Origin: an uncultured Candidatus Poseidoniales archaeon
Lineage (GTDB): Archaea > Thermoplasmatota > Poseidoniia > Poseidoniales > Poseidoniaceae
Direction: 5' to 3'
DNA length: 64,000 bases
NCBI GenBank assembly: GCA_964014545.1
Contig: CAXGZX010000001.1
Coordinates: 9,279-73,278, forward strand
Shown: positions 58,501 to 64,000 of the stretch, piece by piece
Position numbering within the stretch: the stretch's first letter is position 1
Layout of the letters: the number at the start of each line of letters is the position of its first letter
Notes under the pieces: generated by a model
Databases searched by the model: none
What the model saw: only the letters and a program-made list of their open reading frames with translations
What the model was told of the DNA's origin: nothing
Position numbers and translations under genes: made by a program

Positions 58501-61500
58501 CCTCATCCAAACAAGCTAACCTCTTAGGTTGGCTCAAAACAATGTCGACTGATTTTACGTCAAATATAACACGCTTGATGTTATTTGCCGTTGATAATTC
58601 GTCGTTTCCATACCAGTTGGTACCAACTGTGGTATTGTCGAAGATAGTCTCTACTTCAATCATGTATACGCCGGACACGAAATCGTGCTCAGCAATTAGA
58701 TCAGTTGAAGAATCTTCAGCATCTACAGAGGTTCGGCTTATTGAATAAGAGTTATCCTCGACGAAAGTAAATTCCTTCAAAGTGATATTGTTTATTCCAA
58801 CACCTTTGAAACCATCATTTATGCCATTTCTTCCATCATCATCTGAGAAGAAATCGAAGTTTAAGTCAACTGTTGAGTCTGCTAGTGAGATACATTGTGT
58901 ATCCCACTCACCAGAGTCAGGAGAGGTTGTATTCAGAACATACAAATGAGTCAAATCAAGAGTCGTAGTTTTGACCAACCTGTCGGAATTAAAGAATACA
59001 TTCCAATTACCGCTTAGTCCATCGGTCGTTCTTGGGTCGCCAATGTATTCAATCTCCTCAAAGTCGATTGGATTAGTTTCGTTGACTATCCCGTTTCCAT
59101 CTTCATCTATTTGGCAGGTTCCATCTTCATTGTAATCATTCCATTGACCGTAAACAATAGCAGTATTATCAGTAGAATCCTTGGTGAAATCGACCGTCAC
59201 GGCCATGTAATCGCTCGGTTCAATATTGCCTTGTGAGTCTACTTCAAAGAAGGTATCAGCATAATACTCGAATGATAGAGATACGAAATCGCTTTCTAAG
59301 TCTTCAAGGTCAATATCTGTGATGGTCATTGTTTCATTTTCCCATGCGTCACCGTATCCCAGTGTTGCTGTCTGGCAAGGGTGGCCAAACCAGTATGAGT
59401 TACTGTTGAAAACTAAATCAGATGGGCAATCCAAGGTGTCGTTGTATGTTGTACCCTTTGGATTGTTACTTTGAGTATATCTAGTTCCGTCTGTAGAATT
59501 ATCAAACGTGATAATACAATCAGAACCTGGGTTTCCACATTGTACTGTGTCGGGGTCGGCAGTGAATACTGTTGCAGTGACATCAAAGTCAACTATTGTG
59601 TTACCATAGTTGTTAGTGGTAGCTGAAATTGGATATGTTCCTTGAGCGTAAAGCTGACCAGGTTCGAAATAATCTATCGATTCAAGTGCCGGATCATACA
59701 AATTAAACGGCGTCACGTAACCGACAATTTCGTCGTTTAGTACCTGTTCATCCCAACCGTTATTTGATAATACTGCAGAAATACGATAGGTCGTATCATT
59801 CAAAAAGTTGGCTTGCAAATTTGCAACGTATTCTTGACCAGGACCCAAGTTGTTGAGTTGAATTTGAGTTTGTTGGTTTTGTACGTTAGGGAAGAATGCA
59901 GTATTCTGCTTGAAGATGGTCAAGTTATCTACACCAAATCCGTCATTTCCAGTCCAAGTTGATTCATTATCATCTGAAATTGAACCTTCAAAACCGGTTC
60001 TAAATCTGAAACGCAAATCAACTGTCTCTCCAGCCCAAGGGCTTAGGTCAAAGGTGCCTAGTCCGTCATCAGTGAAATTATTCCAGCCGTAGAAAGTATT
60101 GAATGAATATATTCCGTAATAGTAAAGTCCTTCAGCATATCCACCGTACGCATTTTCTTTGAATACTCTATCTAAGTCAAATCCACCCCACATCGAGGTA
60201 CGCGACCAGCAAGCGCCTTCTATGTAGGCAGTTACTGGGCAGCTGATAGTAGACCATCCAGTTTCTTCACTACCAACCTCAATCATTGCTAAATCATCCC
60301 AAACATCACCAACGACAAATCCGTTGGTATCAGCACTACCAAGAGCACCAAAGCCAAGATCTTGGAATAATTCAACACTCATGAAAGCACGGTCTGAACC
60401 TGTCAAATCAACATCTCTTAGCACCATTGCTTCGTCCCAGTTTGCCCCATAGCCAGTCCATTCTCCACCAGTGCTGTTGGTTTTTGTTTCGCCCGACCAC
60501 ATGAAATGAGATGGGTTTAGGTAATTGGCAGAGTAATCTGCTTGCGATTCATCCGGGTCAGTACCAGACCCGCTAGATGGTGTTGTTTGTTCGTTCCAGT
60601 GGTGATTTCCATCGACATAATCGATGTAATCCCAAGTACATCCAGAGCCGCAAGCGCCCACATTTTCAGGAGTATCCCAATCATTAGCATACACGGTTTG
60701 ATTGGTTGAATTGAGTTCATCCACTACCTTTAGTTCAACATCCAAAGTCGCGCTTTGACCATTAAGAACATTCATACCGGTATTGGTTACTGTTACGTTT
60801 ATGTCTCGAAGACCTTCACCAACAACCCCAAAAGAGCGGTCTACTGGAGAAATCTCAATGCCCGAAACGGACAAGTCTTGGCTATCCATCTCAATGACAG
60901 AAATTGTATCATATTGACCATCCCAGCCAAAGTTATCTCTCCAACCACCAAATCTCCAGTTCTTGTGTGCAACAACTATGTCTGGCGCAGAGTTTGCGCC
61001 GCCTGCCAACTGTCCTACTTCTGCTGTGTGCGGTCTTCGGCCAGCAGCATATGACAGAGGACTTAGATGACCCCCACTACCGTCTGAAAGGGTAACTTGG
61101 ATCGAAGTAGGGTAATTAAGGAAGAAATTGGATGAAGTACCTCCAGCGGAGTCGGTGGAATTTTGCTGATACGCAAGCGTTGGGTTGATGAAATCGGGTT
61201 GCTGGTCGCCGTTTAAGTCAGCAACAGTCAAAGTCCATGAAATGTAAGGGCCAAAATAGGCCTTTTGCGGAGATGTCCATGTACCTGAAGTCGATGATGT
61301 GACGTAGGTCACATTCTCGATGTCGGCATCATTTAATGCCAATACATCTGCAGTACCATCGCCATCTAAATCGGCAACTGCCAAATCAGATGAGGTTTCT
61401 GTTTGCATGTTAATCACGTGCTCTCCTACACCAGGAGTGGTGCTGAAAGTGTAAGTTAGTGGGAAAGTATTGGTTTGGCAATTAAATTCAACAATTGACA

Positions 61501-62371
61501 CGTTGTCATCATGACCGGGATTGGTGACTTGTCCGGTAGCATAGTCTAATCCTGCAGATCTAAGCAGCCACATGTCGCTGTCGAAACAGGTTCCGCCGCC
61601 ACCAAGTCCACCGCCAACTTGTGATTCGCCCCAATCTCCGGCAGTAAATGCGCGGTAGGTGTTTTGTTGAGCAGGCCCTAAGTTAGTGATGATACCTTGT
61701 GTGTTTGAGGTAATTGGGCCAAGATAGGTTACGACTCTTTGGGTAGTAATATCTGCTTGTAGGTCTAATACCATAACGTCATCATTACCGTCGTCGTTGA
61801 GATCAGCAACTTCTAGGTCCCAAGCCCAAAAGTGAGTAAATCTTGCCCCAATTGACCAAGTCTTCTCATTGCATCCGCCGTTTTCAATAATAGTTACGTT
61901 ACCTGGTTCACCAGCTGGCGAGCCATCCTCATTAGTTTTGAACGGATTGTTTCTTTGGAAGATAACTATGTCATCAACACCGTCGTTGGTAAAGTCACCA
62001 ACTTCGATAAATTGTACATTGGAAAATTCATCCCAATCTGCATTACGGTCTTGATTAGCAGTAACCCAAATATCTTGTCGTTCGGAAAAATCACCGTTAC
62101 CATCATTCCACAAAACAGTAATCGTATGAGTACCATCTGTGGCAATCGCAATATCGTTGTGAGAGTCACAATTGAAATCGCCAATAGCAACATCGTGTGG
62201 GTCACGATTTGTGGTATACGTTCTTGCTTGGGATGCACTTGCTGTGGTTGCTAAAGCGGCAGTTGTTGATAATACCATAAGTAAACAAAGCATAATACTT
62301 CTTGCGCGGGCCTTGAAGAGATTGTCTTGGGAAAACATCGTCATCACTTGTTGAGCCATATTAACTACCAC
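55544..62371 (-). CDS. Giant (about 2270 aa) cell-surface protein: FG-GAP/VCBS propeller, CARDB/Ig, jelly-roll and PKD-like domains, TM and Q/Y/A-rich cytoplasmic tail
   Basis: GDFNCDSHND, GDFTNDGVDD, ADLNDDGNDD, ADLDGDGTAD, ADLNGDQQPD; VTVTNTG; VDLRFRFRT...GFGVDNL; FNSTDPD...YEW; TM followed by RR. Start may be ATG 62359. Confidence 0.8.
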   Translation of the reverse strand: MVVNMAQQVMTMFSQDNLFKARARSIMLCLLMVLSTTAALATTASASQARTYTTNRDPHDVAIGDFNCDSHNDIAIATDGTHTITVLWNDGNGDFSERQDIWVTANQDRNADWDEFSNVQFIEVGDFTNDGVDDIVIFQRNNPFKTNEDGSPAGEPGNVTIIENGGCNEKTWSIGARFTHFWAWDLEVADLNDDGNDDVMVLDLQADITTQRVVTYLGPITSNTQGIITNLGPAQQNTYRAFTAGDWGESQVGGGLGGGGTCFDSDMWLLRSAGLDYATGQVTNPGHDDNVSIVEFNCQTNTFPLTYTFSTTPGVGEHVINMQTETSSDLAVADLDGDGTADVLALNDADIENVTYVTSSTSGTWTSPQKAYFGPYISWTLTVADLNGDQQPDFINPTLAYQQNSTDSAGGTSSNFFLNYPTSIQVTLSDGSGGHLSPLSYAAGRRPHTAEVGQLAGGANSAPDIVVAHKNWRFGGWRDNFGWDGQYDTISVIEMDSQDLSVSGIEISPVDRSFGVVGEGLRDINVTVTNTGMNVLNGQSATLDVELKVVDELNSTNQTVYANDWDTPENVGACGSGCTWDYIDYVDGNHHWNEQTTPSSGSGTDPDESQADYSANYLNPSHFMWSGETKTNSTGGEWTGYGANWDEAMVLRDVDLTGSDRAFMSVELFQDLGFGALGSADTNGFVVGDVWDDLAMIEVGSEETGWSTISCPVTAYIEGACWSRTSMWGGFDLDRVFKENAYGGYAEGLYYYGIYSFNTFYGWNNFTDDGLGTFDLSPWAGETVDLRFRFRTGFEGSISDDNESTWTGNDGFGVDNLTIFKQNTAFFPNVQNQQTQIQLNNLGPGQEYVANLQANFLNDTTYRISAVLSNNGWDEQVLNDEIVGYVTPFNLYDPALESIDYFEPGQLYAQGTYPISATTNNYGNTIVDFDVTATVFTADPDTVQCGNPGSDCIITFDNSTDGTRYTQSNNPKGTTYNDTLDCPSDLVFNSNSYWFGHPCQTATLGYGDAWENETMTITDIDLEDLESDFVSLSFEYYADTFFEVDSQGNIEPSDYMAVTVDFTKDSTDNTAIVYGQWNDYNEDGTCQIDEDGNGIVNETNPIDFEEIEYIGDPRTTDGLSGNWNVFFNSDRLVKTTTLDLTHLYVLNTTSPDSGEWDTQCISLADSTVDLNFDFFSDDDGRNGINDGFKGVGINNITLKEFTFVEDNSYSISRTSVDAEDSSTDLIAEHDFVSGVYMIEVETIFDNTTVGTNWYGNDELSTANNIKRVIFDVKSVDIVLSQPKRLACLDEVRQNCVLPIDSSLTHNWEMTATNGVLEGDYVFYMEVFDETTGSLAHSVSAGPAQSLLNGERIALSFTPWAGYQDGHTYNISYRAQLDDGTPSGDPVYFHATFADEVDIAILSDKTSGTSRIIEDIAANGMSYTQFAMNDWDDYFKTNWFTNFDKIILPWQDFNTAKDDGKAYYKTISDTVSNVDRKQVLVNFMSSGGTIQAHLAPHGAQTYGLQTNVEPRLPLGLVIDDKTNGAEITYADMEVYDEFHPIMNNIDEDNFEVFTPVANSALDIGSEATSDVPKICSGNQNVASFQPIIRDSTSIEDVLLGICSYGQGGMIISTIDLEAKSGNASSSDFALLSNVLAYQVNDYPNPFGEMRDGTDILIDGVVPDPALGAGYATVYMKSNAQLTFSYQSDAQVSLQTDWLISGPTSWDLGTMAPGQIDHYTSPLFETESSPVMDFCKSIGTQGECKQGEQWTITLWLHDDNGHSRMLSVTVETNDANADAFNPIADAYVVMKDSYADNIEYVGTCSSLDNYPKYEITLDESGQLPIDFNAFNSTDPDALEGNGIERYEWEVLFDKPWDQAINVNANTYIQYESSLGVWQYTFGGYGVDENGESYAGRNLTYNPNTESPIQPIKIKLTVYDKSGKWDDDMEFCFDVKPQGFGDEPPVIEFTNWDDQQGYTNSFYNLSGFVVSGSDESDTYVEITWNESLLDETDARVLETAKGTKELAVLKTPVGTGDSFELSLDIDRFHSNTPVDVIIYIRVFEFDPSKDSEKRWNAEQQLPLNDPDYVQLYNPSTITLSLPICRGVTVPDEVILADPDGQWVFINGACDWDGEYSLENGEWVAPSSNDGGDGAQSDSNIMLIGVGAVILVLIVVLTLLFLRRSGGDGMDGDYKDFSLTGAFQEQDPVEQYVQQLIAQGYPEDTARSYAAQYAAQAGLAGGGAQPQQAAQAATPAATNPAMDAAYQQYYQQFITQGYDEQTAAAYAQQYAAAYIQQQG

Positions 62372-62462
62372 TTTAATTCCTTTGGGCTTTTGTCTTTGAC
62401 AAAACGGCGCACATGCTTCGCAGTAAGGCGAAAAGATGTTTACAAACTCTATTTGCTCAAAT

Positions 62463-63137
62463 TCAGACTTTACCTGCTAGCCAGCGGGGAGAGGGCCCCC
62501 AACCAACGGCGTCCCCACCATGCACTTTGACTAGTTTTCCAGCAGTGAATAACGATTCTAACCAAACCTCCAATGCAGTACCTTCACGCTTGCCCAGTTT
62601 GCTACTGGCTATTTCTTCAATATCGGAAGTTTTCAGAGCGGTAAAGCCATAGTCCCTGACTACTATATTCATCAGTTCACGAAGCCAAGCCTCAGCCATT
62701 GGATCGATACTCAAAGTCCCTTGAACAGGTAATGGCTCATCTAATTCAGAAAAAATCTCCATCAACTCTATTGGATCTGGTTTAGTTAAGTCATCAAGCC
62801 CCAGAGCGCGTAACTCTTTACTCAAATCTAATTCACCAATCGGTCTTCTAACTATGGGAATTCTTGACGGGTCTGGCTCTGGACCCATATCTAGGGGTTT
62901 CTCACCCAAGGAGTCATCATCCAGTTCGTTAGCTGAGCCGGATTTATTTTTGTTAGAAACTCCCGAGGTATTTGATGCTTTTACTTCCGAGCCCAACGGC
63001 ATCATCCAGCCAACGCCTTGCAAACCTAATTCGGATACTTTTTTGCGCACCCAATCAGCATCACCACGAAGTAAAACCTCAGCGTCATTTTCGTCGGAAC
63101 GAAAGCGATATTGGACAAATCCTTTCAACTCCGCCAT
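62463..63137 (-). CDS. Hypothetical protein, possible C-terminal winged helix
   Basis: Long ORF with GAGG upstream of ATG; no recognised motif. Confidence 0.65.
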   Translation of the reverse strand: MAELKGFVQYRFRSDENDAEVLLRGDADWVRKKVSELGLQGVGWMMPLGSEVKASNTSGVSNKNKSGSANELDDDSLGEKPLDMGPEPDPSRIPIVRRPIGELDLSKELRALGLDDLTKPDPIELMEIFSELDEPLPVQGTLSIDPMAEAWLRELMNIVVRDYGFTALKTSDIEEIASSKLGKREGTALEVWLESLFTAGKLVKVHGGDAVGWGPSPRWLAGKV

Positions 63138-63176
63138 GGTTATTCCTCGAACTTTCTTGCCTTCAAATTGGCGATG

Positions 63177-64000
63177 TTATTTTGCTAGTTGCCGCAGAAC
63201 AGTATGCAATATACCACCATTACGATAATAATCAACTTCTACTGGAGTATCAAGCCTTACTTGTGCCTCAAAGGTAAGCGAAGTGCCGTCAAGTCTTGTT
63301 GCTGTTATTGTCAACATTTGCAATGGTTGAACATCATTTGTTACTGGAATATCATACAGTTCAGAACCATCAAGGCCTAAAGTTTCATGGCTTTCGCCTT
63401 CTTTGAATGTTAATGGCAATACACCCATTCCAACCAAATTAGAACGGTGAATTCGTTCAAATGAAGTGGCAATTACTGCTTTAACTCCAAGCAAATAGGT
63501 ACCCTTTGCCGCCCAATCTCTAGATGAACCAGTACCATATTGCGAACCGGCAAGAACTACTTTTGGACCATCATAAGCATTAGCTGCATCAAATACTGAA
63601 ACAATTTCTCCTGATTGTGGGTGTTTGGCAAACCCTCCCTCTGTCCCTGGTGCCATTTGATTACGAATCCTAACATTGGCAAAGGTTCCACGCATCATTA
63701 TTTCGTGATTACCGCGTCGACTACCAAAGGAGTTGAAATCTCCTCGTTCAACCCCCCGCTCAACCAACCACTTTCCCGCAGGGCCACTAGCCGGGAAGGA
63801 GCCTGCTGGAGAGATGTGATCGGTAGTAATTGAATCCCCAAGTTTTAGCAGAACTGCTGCTTGTTCAATCGATTCTATCGGCGATGGTTCGGCAGATAGA
63901 CCGGAAAAGAAGGTTGGCAACCGGATGTAGGTTGAGTCGGCTTCCCATGGATATAATGGAGTATCTTTTGCCGGTATTGAATCCCATCTTGGCTCATTCA
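63177..64000 (-). CDS. acnA: Aconitate hydratase A, C-terminal part; 5' end lies outside the window
   Basis: Frame open to the edge ([13 protein letters not shown]); [52 protein letters not shown]. Confidence 0.96.
   Translation of the reverse strand, partial: NEPRWDSIPAKDTPLYPWEADSTYIRLPTFFSGLSAEPSPIESIEQAAVLLKLGDSITTDHISPAGSFPASGPAGKWLVERGVERGDFNSFGSRRGNHEIMMRGTFANVRIRNQMAPGTEGGFAKHPQSGEIVSVFDAANAYDGPKVVLAGSQYGTGSSRDWAAKGTYLLGVKAVIATSFERIHRSNLVGMGVLPLTFKEGESHETLGLDGSELYDIPVTNDVQPLQMLTITATRLDGTSLTFEAQVRLDTPVEVDYYRNGGILHTVLRQLAK

Overview
Gene-dense archaeal chromosome segment, most consistent with Marine Group II Euryarchaeota (Ca. Poseidoniales). This is inferred from archaeal RibL/RibB, a Gar1-like domain, archaeal endonuclease IV, TATA-type promoters, GGTGA/GGAGG ribosome-binding sites, many acidic C-terminally anchored surface proteins and several bacterial-type metabolic genes. 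I can support about 48 CDSs, two of them truncated by the window edges (MoxR ATPase, aconitase). I saw no rRNA, tRNA, CRISPR array, transposase or integrase. The most striking signal is a roughly 12 kb putative iron-limitation island at 34.8-47.2 kb. It holds a single-lobe transferrin-like lipoprotein that keeps all four transferrin Fe ligands, a PhnC/PhnE-like ABC pair, HugZ, flavodoxin, a FecBCD-type ABC system, a surface protein and a FEA1-like lipoprotein. Its two converging arms start from near-identical promoters, each carrying two DtxR-type TTAGG-N4-CCTAA boxes around the TATA box. Other notable items are a 4-hydroxybenzoyl-CoA reductase-like (hcrCAB order) molybdoenzyme, a Gar1-like domain fused to two RNA-binding-type RanBP2 zinc fingers and an Arg/Asp/Gly-rich disordered region, and bacterial-type lipid genes (gpsA and an HX5D acyltransferase). 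All family calls come from motif recognition by eye; no database search was run.
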